This document shows positions 42,001 to 56,075 of a DNA stretch of 64,000 bases, in pieces (the stretch's first letter is position 1; every line of letters starts with the position of its first letter). The stretch spans positions 434,001 through 498,000 of the forward strand of contig JAPDFW010000044.1 in NCBI GenBank assembly GCA_028826165.1, in the 5' to 3' direction. Both the position numbers and the translations under genes were made by a program. This DNA is from Anaeramoeba ignava BMAN (taxonomy: Eukaryota > Protista > Anaeramoebae). Under the pieces are notes generated by a model. That model was not told the origin of the DNA. It made no database searches and was given only the letters and a program-made list of their open reading frames with translations.

Positions 42001-45000
42001 ATTTTCTTTGAATTAATAAATTTTTGTTTAAAATTTCATATTCTTTTGTTGATTCTTTTAAAGAAATTAAATGAAATCGAGAATCTTGTGAAAATAAATA
42101 TTCATTTTTTTCTTCATTAAAATTAAATGAAATAATTTTTGATTGATGAAAATATCTTGGAAATTCAATTTTAAGTGGAAAATAATTAAATGATTTTTGA
42201 TTTTCATTTTCATTTTCATTTTGATTTTGATTTTGATTTTGATTTTCATTTTGATTTTGATTTTGATTGATTTTTGATTTTCCTTGCCAAATAAGAATTG
42301 AATCAAATTTTTCAAATCCAAAATATTTTGAATTTGAATCTTTAATTGTTAATATTTTTTGAGAAGATGAATTATTAAAATTTTTAATTTGTTTTGATTT
42401 AATTTCTTTTGTAAGAAATTGAATTGATTTTTTTTGTTTTTCATTCATATTTTTTTGATCAAGTAAATTTATTAATTTTAATGAATTTTTCATTTCAATT
42501 AATTCATAATTATTTTCAGAATTTTTTTGAATTAAATATTCTGGTTGAGTTTCTGAAATCCATTTAGAAATTTTAACAAAATCATTTGATAATTGAATTT
42601 CTTTTGGAATTTTTTGAATATAAATTTTGGAATTTTCATTATTTATCCAATGTAAATAATTCTTATTTTGAAAAATTAATGGAATTTCTTTTCTATTATT
42701 TGGAAAGAAATTAAGTATTTTCTTTTCTTTTTCATTTTGATTTTGGTTTTGATTTTGATTTGGAATTGAAATTTGATGTTTGAAAAGTAAAATATTGTTT
42801 TCATTTCCAATAATTTGAAAAAATGGTTTTTGATTTTTTGAATCTTCAAATGTTGTAAGAAAAATAGGATTTGAAGATTTAGAATTTTGTTGAATAATTT
42901 TTCTTTGAATTTGAAATAAAGGATTATTTCCAAAAATTTGTTTATAAATTGGATCTGAAATATAAGAATCTAATTTTTTAATATTTGATGTTCCATTTTT
43001 GAATAATTCTCCTGTTAAAATATTGATTAAATATAAATTATTTTCTTTTGTTTTTAAATTGATAAATGGGAAATTTTTTGATAATGAACCCCTTTTGAAT
43101 TTTTCATTTTCAGAAATAATTTCCATATTTTTCAAAATAGAAATAATATTTTTCTTTTCAATCTTTTCAAAAATAATTTTTAAAATTGAAAAATAAAAGA
43201 AATCAAATTTTTGTTGAATAAGAAATATTTCTTGTTGATTTTCATTTTTAAATCCAAAGAAAGAAATCCTCATTTTAGCAAGTAAACATTTTTCAATTTG
43301 TGATTCTTTTAATTTTTCTGGATTATTTTGATAATGTTGATATAATAAAACTAAAAGAGAATAAAAAAAGTTGAGATTCATTTTCAATTCCATTTTTTCA
43401 TTTTCTGTTTTTGTTTCTTTCATTTCTTTTTCAATTTTTTTCATTTCTTTTTCAATTTCTTTTTCAATTTCTTCTTCAATTTCATTTTCAATTTCATTTT
43501 CAATTTCATTTTGTGAATTTGAATTGTTTTTGTTTTTGTTGTTTGAAAAGAATAAATATTCATTGAAATAAATTTTTAAAAAGTAATAAAAAAATTTGAG
43601 AAGAGGTTGAATTGAATGAGGAGAACTTTCAATAAAATTTCTTAATATTGACAAAAATTTATCAATTTGTTTGATAATTTCTGGTTCTATTTGAATTTGT
43701 TTAAATAAATAATCTTTTTCAAAAAATGTAAGTAATACAAAAATTCTAAATGATTCTTTTTCTAATAATGAAATATCTGATAATAAATATTCAATTAATA
43801 ATGAACTTTGAATTAAAGGTTTAGTTCTTATTAAACAGAATTCTTCAATTAATTCTAAACTACTCTTTGATTGAATAGTTGAAATTATTTCATTTTCTTG
43901 AATATATTTTTTATTTTCATTTTCTTCAAATTCTCTTCTTTTTTCATTTATAATTTTGATTGATTGTGAAATACTTTGAGAAAAATAATCTTGTTTTTCT
44001 TCTTCAATTAATATTTGATTTTGATTTTGATTTTGATTTTGATTTTGATTTTGATTTTGATTTTGATTTGAAATAAATGGATTGAAAAAAGGATTAATTT
44101 CAAAATTTCGATATCTTTTGAATGTAAAAGAAAAACTATTTTTCTTTCATTCTTCCTATTGGTGGATTATGATTTTGTGAATCAATAATAAAATTTTCTT
44201 TGGGTTTAAGATTTGAAATATAAGGAGATAAATTAGGTTGATATAATGATTCTATACTTTCAATAATTTTTCTTGATTGATTTTGTTGATATTTTCTTTG
44301 AACAATTTTAAAAACAAATTTTGAAGTTTGAAATATTGAATCACAAATAATTTTATAAATTTTTAATCCATTTCTTTTTTTAATTTCTTCTTCAAAATTT
44401 ATTAAATTTTGGACATAATAATCTTTAGAATCAATTTGAATAGAATATTTTTCTTTTTGTTGACAAAATAATTCATAAAAAATTAATTTTTGGAAATTTC
44501 TTTTCAATTCAAAATCTAATTTCCTTCTTTTTTCTTTTTTAAAATTTTGTAATTGTTCTAATTTGAAAAGAAAAATTTTAAGAATTGAAGAATCTGGATA
44601 TTCTGAATAAACTTGTGAAAATAATTCATATGATTTTGAATAATTTTTGGAATTAAATTGTTTTTGAGCTTCAAATAATTTCATTTTATTTTCTAATTCT
44701 TTTAATTTATTTGAATTAAATGTTTTTTCATTAAATTTATTTCTTAAAATATTAGCAATTTTAATAGCTTCATTAAATTGATTCTTTTGGAAATATGCCC
44801 ATAATTTAAGAAATAAATAATAAGGATTTGAATCTGAATCTTTTATTTCTTCAATAATTTCATCAAATTTTCCTAATTCAATTAAACATATTTTTCTATT
44901 ATAAATAAAAAGATCTTGATATTTTTTAATTAATTCTTCATTTGAAAAGGCATTTTGAAGTAAATATTTAAAAATTGAATGATGTTTTCCAATATTTTCT

Positions 45001-47424
45001 TTCCATTGCTAAATCAGACACAATCCCAGCAAAAAGAATTTTTTCTTCATTATTTCCACTTTTTTTAATATATTCTTTATATACCCGAAAGCTATTGCGA
45101 TCTGAATATGAAGAGTTATAAAGATGAAAAGCAGAAATTTTAAGGAAATTTATTTTATTTTTGATTTTTTCAACTTCATTTTTTGGAAGAATTTGTTGGA
45201 AATTTTTCAAACTTTCTTGAATTGTGTAAAGTTTTTTGTTTTCATCAAAATTTCCTCTTTTTTCTAAATTGTTTTTAGCTTTTTCAAAAATTGATTGATC
45301 TGAAATTGATTGATTGTTTTGTTCAAAATATTTTAAATAATATTCACAAGTTTTAAATGTATTTCCTCCTTGTTCTCCTTCAGAAATTTGAGTTTCATAA
45401 AATAATCCTAAATGTAAATATTTTTTTTCTTTTTCCCATTTTTGTTTAATTTCTTTAATTTGTGTTTTAAGAAAAGAATGAATTCCATTTTTAAAATGTT
45501 TTTCATAAAATTTCTCTTTTCTGATAAAATCATCTTTTTTAATTTCAGGAGAAACAATAATTTGAAAATTTGAAATTAATTCATCATTTGAAAATTCATT
45601 TTCAACAAATGAATTAAGAAATTGAATTTCTTCTTGAATATCTGATGAAGATAAATTGTTTGTTACTCTAAATCCAAATCCATTTTGTTTTGTTCCAAAT
45701 TTATCATAAAATTGTTTAAGTTCTGAAATTTTATTTGCTTCTAAAATATTTAAGAATAAATTTCCTTGATAATAAAATTGATAAAAAGGTTCAGAATGAA
45801 TTTTAAATTTATCAATTCTTTGATCAATATGTGTTTCAAAAATTTCATCATAAATTTGAATAATTCTAATTAAAATTGCTAAATTATTGAAAACAGCTAA
45901 TCCGAAAAAAGAAGATCCAATTTCAATTTCAATAATATTTTTCAAAAAATTTTGAAAATGATTGATAAGAGAAAATAATTCATTTCTTGTTTCTTCATTT
46001 TTAATTGAATTTTGAATTTGATAAAATGAATAAGGTTTTTCTATTTTTGGAGTTGGAATTATCATTAAAAGATTTGCAATAAAATAATTTGAATTTTGAT
46101 TTGAATTTTGATTTGAATTTAAATTATCAAGAAAAGATTGAAATTGATTAAGTTCATTTAATAATTCTTTTAATGTGAAATTATTTTTTTGAAATTTGAG
46201 AGGATCAATAATATATTTTGTTTTATTTTCTTCTTGTTTTGAAAGAGATAAATTTGAATTTTGGTTTCGTAAAATATAATTTTGAATTTTTTCAATTTGT
46301 TCAATTTGGTTATTGATATTTTCTTTCCAATTTTTGAAATAAACATTATATTCTTGTTTAAGTTCTTCAATATTTATTGGAATTGGTTTGAAAAATTGAA
46401 TTTTTTTCATTTCATTTTTTAAATTTTTAATTATTTCCCATCTACTTCCGATTTTTGTTGATTGTTTTTGAAAAATTTTACAAATATAATTTGAATATTT
46501 TTGTAAACTTGATTCTAAAATTTGATAAAATTTGAAAGAAATTGTTTTGGTTTCTTCTTTTTGAATAAGTTTAAGGATTGAGGAAAAAATCAAAAAATAA
46601 ATAAATTCTTTAAATTTTTGATAAATAATTTTGCTATCAAAAATATTTCTGAAAATAGAAAGTAATGTTTTCCAAATTAAACTATTTTCTGATTTAGCAA
46701 CATTCATCATTTTATTTGAATCAAACATTTTTTTAATTGAATGAGATTTATTACGAAATAGAAATGTATTATAAAAATCAGATCTTTCAAATTTTTGTTG
46801 ATTTTCAGCAATTTCTAAAATTCTTAAGCATTCTTCTTTTAATAAATTTTCTTTTGATTCTTCAATATGAAGAATTGGAATAATTTTCTTTTTGATTATT
46901 ATTTTCTTTTTCTTATTTCTTTCTAAAACATTTTCTCTTTCAATAATTTTATAAGTAAAAGGATGATTTTTATCATAAGAATAAAAATTGAAAATGTTAA
47001 TAAAATCTTGATTTTGAGAATTAGTTCCAATTTCATAAATAATTGGTTTTGAAATATCATGATTTCTTTTATCAAAAATATAAATAGAATCTAATTCTTT
47101 CAATTCAGCAAGAAGAATTTGAGAAGGAATTGATTTACTTTTTTTGAGTAAATTAAATTTTTGATAAATTTTTTTTTCTTTTAAGATTTGAAATTGTTGA
47201 GGAATTTGATTAAGAATTAAACAAAAGAAATCAATAAAAGTAACAGGAGAAACAAGATTTGGAGATTTTTCATTATGAAGGAAAAAAGAACAAAAAATTT
47301 CAGAAAGGAAAGAGTTTAATTCTTCTTCTTTTTGTTTATCAAAAAAATATATCAGTTCATTGATTAATTTGACTTCTTTTTCTTTTTGGATTTGCTCAAA
47401 CACAAATTTTTGAAGCTTCGACAT
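36027..47424 (-). CDS. Giant (~3,800 aa) DUF3638/DUF3645 SF2-helicase-like protein, fragmented by frameshifts (possible pseudogene)
   Basis: Consecutive abutting minus-strand ORFs. Motifs: LREKQ, QLLMGEGKTKVIGPILA, IDEVD, VAIPYKAANKP..GS.F, GYSGT, AFIDVGA, FYDQSHTIGADI, LLQGAMRMRKL. TPR-like helices at ~44550-44910. Confidence 0.75.
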
Positions 47425-47624
47425 TTTCAAAATAAATTTTTTTGAAATTCAAAGGAAAAAAATGATTTTCAATTTCCAAGTAGACATTTTTTCCTTTTTT
47501 TTCCTTTTAAAAAATTGAAAACCGGAAAAAAAATTTAAAACAATAATTCAAACAATTTCCTCAAGTTTTGATCAAGAAAATCGATTTGAAAAGTTGATCG
47601 AAAATTCTTTTCCAATTATTTACC

Positions 47625-48540
47625 ATTTTGTAATAAAATTAATTAAGAAATGATTTTAAAACGTTTTTTATTATTAATAATAAATAAATATAATTAAAAA
47701 TAAAGAAATAAAATTAATTAAAATATTTTATTTATTATTTTATTTAATTTTTAATAATAATTTATTTATTATTTTGTAATAAAATTAATTAAGAAATGAT
47801 TTTAAAACTTTTTTATTATTAATATTAAATAAATATAATTAAAAATAAAGAAATAAAATTAATTAAAATATTTTATTTATTATTTTGTTTAATTTTTAAT
47901 AATAATTAATTTATTATTTTGTAATAAAATTAATTAAGAAATGATTTTAAAACTTTTTTTATTATTAATATTAAATAAATATTATTAAAAATAAAGAAAT
48001 AAATTTAATTAAAATATTTTATTTATTATTTTGTTTAATTTTTAATAATAATTAATAAAAATAAGTTAATAAAATTAATTAAGAAATGATTTTAAAACCT
48101 TTTTTATTATTAATATTAAATAAATATAATTAAAAATAAAGAAATAAATTTAATTAAAATATTTTATTTATTATTTTATTTAATTTTTAATAATAATTAA
48201 TTTATTATTTTGTAATAAAATTAATTAAGAAATGATTTTAAAACTTTTTTATTATTAATATTAAATAAATATAATTAAAAATAAAGAAATAAAATTAATT
48301 AAAATATTTTATTTATTATTTTATTTAATTTTTAATAATAATTAATTTATTATTTTGTAATAAAATTAATTAAGAAATGATTTAAAAACTTTTTTTATTA
48401 TTAATATTAAATAAATATAATTAAAAATAAAGAAATAAAATTAATTAAAATATTTTATTTATTATTTTATTTAATTTTTAATAATAATTAATTTATTATT
48501 TTGTAATAAAATTAATTAAGAAATGATTTTAAAACTTTTT
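47625..48540. repeat. Satellite A, ~145-bp unit, ~6 copies
   Basis: Anchor aagaaatgattt recurs at about 47646, 47791, 47936, 48081, 48227, 48372 and 48518. Confidence 0.9.
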
Positions 48541-48569
48541 ATTTTTTTATTTTTTTATTTTTTTTCCAA

Positions 48570-50120
48570 TTAAAAGATAAAAAGAAAAATCAAGTAAAAA
48601 TCCTAAAAACAAAAATATAAAAAAATTAAATAATAAAAATTAAAATTAAAATATAAAATAATTTACTTTATATAATTTATAAAAAGATTTTATTATCCAA
48701 ATTAATTCAAAATAGATTTAAAAAATATATATTTAAAATCAAAAAATAAATTTAATTAATTTTATTTCCAAAAAAATAAAATAATTTAAATAAATAAATT
48801 TAAATAATAATATTTAATTAAATTTAAAGTATAAATTATTTTTGAAATAAATTATTAATATAAAATATAATTTTTATTATTAATTTTACTTATTAAAAAT
48901 TAAAAAATTAAAAAAGATAAAAAAGAAAAAATCAAATAAAAATCCTAAAAACAAAAATATAAAAATAATAAAAAATTAAAAATTAAAATATAAAATAATT
49001 TACTTATATAATTTATAAAAAGATTTTATTATTAATATTAATTCAAAATAGATTTAAAAATATATATTTAAAATCAAAAAAATAAATTTAATTAATTTTA
49101 TTTCCAAAAAAAATAAAATAAATTTAAATAAATTTAAATAATAATATTTAATTAAATTTAAAAGTATAAATTATTTTGAAATAAATTATTAATATAAAAT
49201 TAATTTTATTATTAATTTTACTTATTAAAAATTAAAAAATTAAAAAAGATAAAAAAAGAAAAAATCAAGTAAAAATCCTAAAAACAAAAATATAAAAATT
49301 AAATAATAAAAATTAAAAATTAAAATATAAAATAATTTACTTATATAATTTATAAAAAGATTTTATTATCCAAATTAATTCAAAATAGATTTAAAAATAA
49401 ATATATTTAAAATCAAAAATTCAAATTAATTATTTTTAAAAAAAATAAAATAAATTTAAATAAATTTAAATAATAATATTTAATTAAATTTAAAGTATAA
49501 ATTATTTTGAAATAAATTATTAATATAAAATATAATTTTATTATTAATTTTACTTATTAAAAATTAAAAAATTAAAAAGATAAAAAAGAAAAATCAAATA
49601 AAAATCCTAAAAACAAAAATATAAAAAAAATAATAAAAATTAAAATTAAAATATAAAATAATTTACTTATATAATTTATAAAAAGATTTTATTATCCAAA
49701 TTAATTCAAAATAGATTTAAAAATATATATTTAAAATCAAAAAAATTAAATTTAATTAATTTTATTTCCAAAAAAAATAAAATAAATTTAAATAAATTTA
49801 AATAATAATATTTAATTAAATTTAAAGTATAAATTATTTTGAAATAAATTATTAATATAAAATATAATTTAATTATTAATTTTACTTATTAAAAATTAAA
49901 AAATTAAAAAGATAAAAAAGAAAAACCAAGTAAAAATCCTAAAAACAAAAATATAAAAAAAAAATAATAAAAATTAAAATTAAAATATAAAATAATTTAC
50001 TTATACAATTTATAAAAATATTTTATTATCCAAATTAATTCAAAATAGATTTAAAAAATATAAATTTAAATCAAAAAAATTCAAATTAATTAATTTTATT
50101 TTTAAATAAATTTAAATAAA
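48570..50120. repeat. Satellite B, ~330-340-bp unit, ~4.6 copies
   Basis: Anchor aatcctaaaaac recurs at about 48599, 48941, 49274, 49603 and 49935. Confidence 0.88.
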
Positions 50121-50614
50121 TTTAGAGGATTTGAATAAAAAATCTGCTTAAGGCCTGACAGAAATGAAAGTAACAACCTACGATTTTGGAAAATGGAAAA
50201 ATTTTTTTTTGGAAATTGAGTTTGGAATCTCAAAATCACTCGTGATAAACTTGGGTATTCATCTGTCTTTCATTATATTTTTTTTTATAAAATGGAATAT
50301 TTCATCGTAAATACTTACCATTTTACTTATTAAAAGAGAAAAGAAGCATTGAAAGAAAATGTTCGTAAAATTATCAAAACTTATAATGATCAACAGTTGT
50401 TTGAGTTTTGGAGCAACCAAAAACGTTCCATCAATGAATATCTGAGGGGAATTAAATAAAGTATCTGCTAATTTATCGCTTCCCCAAATAATTTCTGTTT
50501 CCTTTTGTTCTCCTAATTTGAAACCTTAATGTTGCTCTCCAAAATGATTTACTTTTTTTCGTGAGAGAATATGTTTCTTCTCCTATTAGTTGTATAGTAT
50601 CAGCTGCGAGTTCA

Positions 50615-50971
50615 TCACTTCTTCTTTTTGGAAATTTTTGAACTAATTTGGGATTTGGAGGGTAAAGTGATATCAATCTGTAACTCTTTTTCGATAACTA
50701 TAATTTTCTCTGAAACTATATCATAAATCTTGTTGGGCTGGTATTGAGTTAAAGGAATATAAAGTTCAATTTCCTCATAAAAACGTTTTAAGAGATCCGT
50801 TTCTGATGTCGTGTACTTTGCAATACATTCGGATGTATGAGGTTTGTTCGGATAATCTTTTCCTTCACTCCTTTTTAAAGTTGATGTACATCCTGGAGTT
50901 GAACATACATAATATATATCGCCATTCTTGCTTTTGTTTTTTTTCCACCACTTGAAACCTAGGCTTTCCAT
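50615..50971 (-). mobile_element. FLYWCH/WRKY-like zinc finger, probable N-terminus of a decayed MULE-type transposase
   Basis: FKWWKK...YYVCSTPGC...H-x3-C. The ORF ends in an A-run and no DDE domain is seen. Confidence 0.45.
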
Positions 50972-51899
50972 TTGGAATTTGTGTTTTAAAAAAAATGAAA
51001 AAAAAATGATTTAAATTGCTTTTTGGATAATTTTTTTCAATTGAGAAAAAACAATTTTATTTTGTTTAGAATTTCTTTTATTTTTTCGAATGTGCTTATT
51101 TGTAAGTTTTTTGTATTTTTTTTTAAGTAGTTTTTGGTATTTATATAAAAGGAGTATGTTAGTGATTAAAACAATTTTATTTTGGTTAAGCTCATCTCTT
51201 AAATTTGGGACTAAAATAAAACCCTGACCAGAATCAAAAAAATTAAAACAAAAAAACAAAATTAAAACAAAAAATAAAACTGCTCTTAGGTAGAATCGAA
51301 TTCAAGATCAATCTTCTTAGTACTTATATCAGATGCATGATTTCTCATCTTTTTTCATCTTCTCAATTTAAATTTTGTTTTCTTTTCTTTTACACTTTTA
51401 TATTATTTAATAAAAAAATTTGCTATTAGTCGTATTCCAATTTTTGGAAATTGGGGTTTCAGTTCAAAATAGCATTTAACCGCTTTATGAAAAGTGTTTT
51501 GAAGATTTTTAATTTCCTCCTCTGAACAAAAGTATTCAATAAAGAAAAGACAATTTCTGTTTTTGATAATTTTTTACCATCAATTTCATTAATATTTTGA
51601 TTCTCTGAATTAATAAGAGGAAGGTTTTCTTTTACTTCTATTTTCATTTCCATCTTTTCTTCACATTAATTCCTGGAATCAAAACTCAAATCTGTCAGTT
51701 TGGCACATAAATTTGAATTTAATTGAATTTCTCCATCATTCTTATTACTTTGGATTTTATCTGATCTTTTCTCATTATCCTTTAATTGCTTATTTTGATT
51801 GAAAAATCGAACTTGGAAAGAAGTTAATTTTTTTTCAAAATTTATCAAAATTCCTTTAAATCTTCTTTCTCTATTTCTGCTTATTCTCAATATTTGGGT

Positions 51900-52741
51900 C
51901 ATTTGTGTGTTCATAAGAGTATTTATTTGTTTATATTCTTGGATTGAGAATTCGTGTGTTTCGGTTCCATATAGGATTTGTGGGATGATAGCAACTTTAT
52001 ATATTGTGATTTTTAACTGATTATTAATATGTGGAATCATAATTCTATTTGATTTTATGAATGTATTTTTTCGCTTTTTCTATATTATTCATGGTATGTT
52101 TTAGAGTCTACTGTGATCCCCAAATATTTAATTTCATTTAATTATTTACTCATTTTGTTTTGTTCTTATTTGGTTATACTTCATATTCTCTCAGTATTTG
52201 ATATATGGATTGAATTATTTCCTCTGTGGTTTCTCTTCCATTGTTAATTATCACTATTAGATCATCCGCATACATCTGGATATGTGATACAAAATTGTCG
52301 ATCTCTTTATTTATTAAATGATTAATCATGGCAAAAATAAATGGAGAAAGAAGATCCCCTTAATAGATTCCATATCCTTCACCTTCGTAGCATTTCAATC
52401 AAAAATATACTCGTTTTTCATGAATTTCTCTACAACTCTTCTAATGATTTGATAGTCGATAGCGTCAAAGCATTTCTTAACCTATTTATGCTTTTCTTTA
52501 ATTCTAATACTGAAATTCTTGTGTCTAACCCTTTCCTAAATCCCATTTGTTTCGGTGTAATATGATTCCAAATATGTTCAATTTCTCCTAAAATTCTCTT
52601 TAACAAGATTCTCTCTAATTCATTGTTAATTGAGATTGGCCTGTAGTTGTTTATGTTTTTTGGATCACCTTGTTTAAATATAAATATAATTCTTCTTTTT
52701 CTTAAATAATTGATGGTTATCTCATTTGGATTTTTATTCAT
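51900..52741 (-). mobile_element. Degenerate non-LTR retrotransposon reverse transcriptase (RTE/L2-like)
   Basis: In order across frameshifts: FKQGDPKNINNYRPIS, QMGFRKG, KCFDAID, GIY*GDLLSPFIF, QMYADDL (~52261-52275), IKYLGIT, IYKVAIIPQILYGTET. Confidence 0.9.
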
Positions 52742-52929
52742 GTTTTGAACATTCGATTAATTAATTTTAGTATTTCTTTTTTTTTTATTCAAAGGACAAA
52801 TGTTCTAATCGTTCTCTTTTGGTGGGATGAAAATAAAAATTCATTCACCAGAGTTAATTCTTCTTCATTTTATGTTGTGTGTTTCAAAAATTAACTTGAT
52901 TTTATTTGATCCAATCATTTCCATCAATT

Positions 52930-53450
52930 TTTTCCTCAGTTCTTCTCTTTTTTTCTCATAGTGGAGGCATTTCCAAAGGATGTGTCCGATTGATTCCTGG
53001 TATTCTGTTTTTTGTACGTTTTTGTTCTTTCTTTTTTTTTTTTGGTTTAGTTTTTTGTCTTTTTGTTTTCTGTCCTTTTTTCTAATTTTACTATTTCTTC
53101 GTGTCTCTCATCGTTTTCATCAATATATGGGTTCTTATAAAATTCTATTTTGTCATACTCACATGTAGCAGAGTTTTTACTCATTTTAATTTGTTTTAAT
53201 CTTTCTAAAGAAAATATTAAATTTGTTTTTCTTATTTCTTCTAGAATTTCAATTTTATGATTTTTGATTTTTGATTTTTTAAATTGTTGTTTCCTTTGGT
53301 TGATTTTTGATAAGCTTCTTTTTTTAGGTTAATCTTTAGATTTCTGTTCAGTTGTTTGTTTTTCGTTCATTTTATCCATTTCTATGCCTTTGATCGTTTT
53401 CTTCCATTTTTTTCTCAATATTTCCTTCCAATTTAGATTAAGAATCAAGG
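52930..53450 (-). mobile_element. 3' fragment of a non-LTR element (post-RT region with zinc-knuckle remnant)
   Basis: QESIGHILWKCLHYEKKREEL at ~52990-52930 matches the E(S/T)xxHxxxxCxxYxxxR half of the LINE C-terminal knuckle. WKEILRKKWKKTI lies further upstream. Confidence 0.55.
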
Positions 53451-53659
53451 ATTGAAAAAGAGAAATGGATTTTAGATTTATTGTCTTTGATATTTTGAAA
53501 ATTACAAAAAAAATTGATGAATCAAGTAATTAATTGATTGAAATTTGTGCTTTGTCAAATAAAGGTGATTCAATTCCAGGATCCAAACATTTGGAAAAAT
53601 ATGAAGGTATATGAACCGATGTAGAATCTGTGTTGATCAAATCCAGATAATGGCTTGAA

Positions 53660-54077
53660 TTTTTTTTGATTTGATTTCTTTTTTTTTTGATGACTCGTTG
53701 TGAAGAGAAGTTGTTCTTCTTCATAATCTCTGAAATTCTTTGTGAAGAAATGTTTTTGTGAAATTTCTTTTGCATATATTGTTGAATTTGCTTTCCTTTG
53801 ACAATCCTCTTTTTGTTCCTAAGTTTTTTAACATAACGAACTAATCTTTTCTCCATTTTAATATCGATCTTTTTTTTTTCTTCCTCTATTACTCAGTCGA
53901 ATCTTGTTCTGTTCTTCTGATAAATCCTTTTTTGCTTCAGTTTATAACTGTTTGTACTGAAACTCCATAATGATCAGCAATTTTGTAAAAATTTCCATAA
54001 AAATTGGACTGCAGATCTAAATAATTATTCATTGCTTGCTTTTTAAAAGTTAAAGAAATATAATTTTTTTGTTCCAT
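53660..54077 (-). mobile_element. Bipartite HTH DNA-binding region of a decayed IS630/Tc1/pogo-like transposase
   Basis: KIADHYGVSVQTVIN*(W) HTH followed by EKRLVRYVKKLR...IQQYMQKKFHKNISSQRISEIMKKNNFS. Broken by a frameshift and a stop; no DDE seen. Confidence 0.6.
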
Positions 54078-54871
54078 TAATTTCAAAAAAAATTTGAAAG
54101 AAAATTAATCTTTTATATCAAAAACTAATTCATTTTTAACAAATAAATTGAGAAAAATTATTCAAATTTATTGGAGGGAAATTTATTGATTCCATCCAAT
54201 AAATCAATAATAAGAAATAATTCAAAAAAAAAAAGAAAAAAAAGAGAATTAATTTTAAAAAAATTTCAAGTGAAAATTATTTCAAAAATTTTTTGATTTT
54301 CCATATTTTTTTTTTGGAATTTTTTTTAAATTTTAATTTTTCATTTTTATTTATTTTTTATACAAAAAGTGAGAAGAAAATCATTATAAAAATTTGAATT
54401 ATTCTAAATTGAAATTATTTAAATATTAATTATGATAGTTTATTAACCTTAAAAGAAAAAGTTTTATTTCCATTATCATTTGATTTTGTTTGAATTTCTT
54501 TTTTCATTATACTTTTTTGCAACAGAAAAGAATAATAATGATTTTTTTTCAAATTCTCAAATTTTAGATTGATTTTATATTTGTAAATTTAAATAAATAT
54601 TGAGATTATTTTAAAAATCTTTATTGTTTGAAGTAAAACAAATTATTGATTACAAAATAAATTAACAGAAAGAAAAATGTTTCTAAAAAAGAAAAAAACA
54701 TTCAAAAATCATATTTTGTTTTTAATTTTTTCAATTTTCATTTTTCATTTTTTTCATTTTCATTCAATAAAAGTTCATGCCTCTACTGTTAATAGGTTAA
54801 AAAAATACAAAGGGAAAGATTTTTCTCTTGAATTTTTGATTAATTTATTAATTGACTTTTTTTTTTCGAAA

Positions 54872-55129
54872 ATGGATTATAACAATTTTCATTGGTGGTC
54901 AAAAGGTCAACCCATAAAAGGAGCACATTATTTTAAATGTTCCAGACCTGGATGCCCAGCGATACTTAAAATAACATCAGATGGTGTATATATTCAAACT
55001 GGATATCACAACCATAATTATGAAAAAAAAAAAGAAAAAGGTTGTGATCTCGAAAAATTCGAGATATTTTTGAAGAAATTAAGGATTTCCCAAAAAGAGA
55101 TTTTTCAATATGACTGGAGAAACTTTTGA
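54872..55129 (+). mobile_element. WRKY/FLYWCH-like C2H2 zinc finger, probable MULE transposase remnant
   Basis: FHWWSKGQPIKGAHYFKCSRPGCPA...TGYHNH (C-x4-C-x17-H-x-H). Confidence 0.55.
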
Positions 55130-55589
55130 AACTTATTGATATATTCTAAAAAAAGTATTGGATTATCAAAATTCACATACATCAAAACGAAAAACAATCA
55201 TGCTTAAATATTCAAAATCAGTTATTACTATTTCTCATTTGGAATCACTATAATTTTCCATATTCTATTCTTGGTTTTATTTGGAGAATTAGTGATAGTA
55301 CAGCCAAAAGATATATCAACAAATTACTTCCTATTTTAGCAAAAGTTTTAAGGGATGAGATTCCAAAAAAATTTTGATTTTGAAATTTTTTTTTATATAT
55401 AATTTCCATTGAAATTGTCTGGTAAATGAGGGCGAATTGGAACCAATAAATTATTATTCAAACCTAATTTGATGTTTGTTTTTCATTTGTTTATTATCTG
55501 AATTAATATAAAACGAAATCCTTAGACCTAAAATTGATCAAACATCCAAAGAATCCAGACTAAGAATTTCATTTTTTTTCCACCTTTTG

Positions 55590-56050
55590 CTTAATTTTAA
55601 TTTTAATTTTAATTTTATAAATGAATTTTAATTTTGATTATAATTTTAATTTTGAATTTTAATTTTAATTTTAATTTTAATTTTAATTTTAATTTTAATT
55701 TTAATTTTAATTTTAATTTTAATTTTAATTTTAATTTTAATTTTTTTAAAATTTTAATTTTAATTTTAATTTTAATTTTAATTTTAATTTTAATTTTAAT
55801 TTTAATTTTAATTTTAATTTTAATTTTTTAATTTTAATTTTAATTTTAATTTTAATTTTAATTTTAATTTTAATTTTAATTTTAATTTTAATTTTAATTT
55901 TAATTTTTATTTTAATTTTAATTTTAATTTTAATTTTTAATTTTAATTTTAATTTTAATTTTAATTTTAATTTTAATTTTAATTTTAATTTTAATTTTAA
56001 TTTTGATTTTAATTTTGATTTTAATTTTAATTTTAATTTTAATTTTAATA
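55590..56050. repeat. (TTTTAA)n microsatellite
   Basis: Directly visible. It is the reverse complement of the intronic AAAATT repeat. Confidence 0.9.
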
Positions 56051-56075
56051 TTGTTTTATTTTTTCATTTTTTTTC

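Noticed and set aside
47625-50120. Regularly spaced repeats as a CRISPR array
   Set aside because: Whole units repeat with no unique spacers, no cas genes are present, and the context is eukaryotic.
51281-51345. tRNA-like 3' end on the minus strand (TTCGATTCTACCTAAGAGCA)
   Set aside because: No pairing 5' T-stem, D-arm or acceptor strand could be found. At most a fragment.
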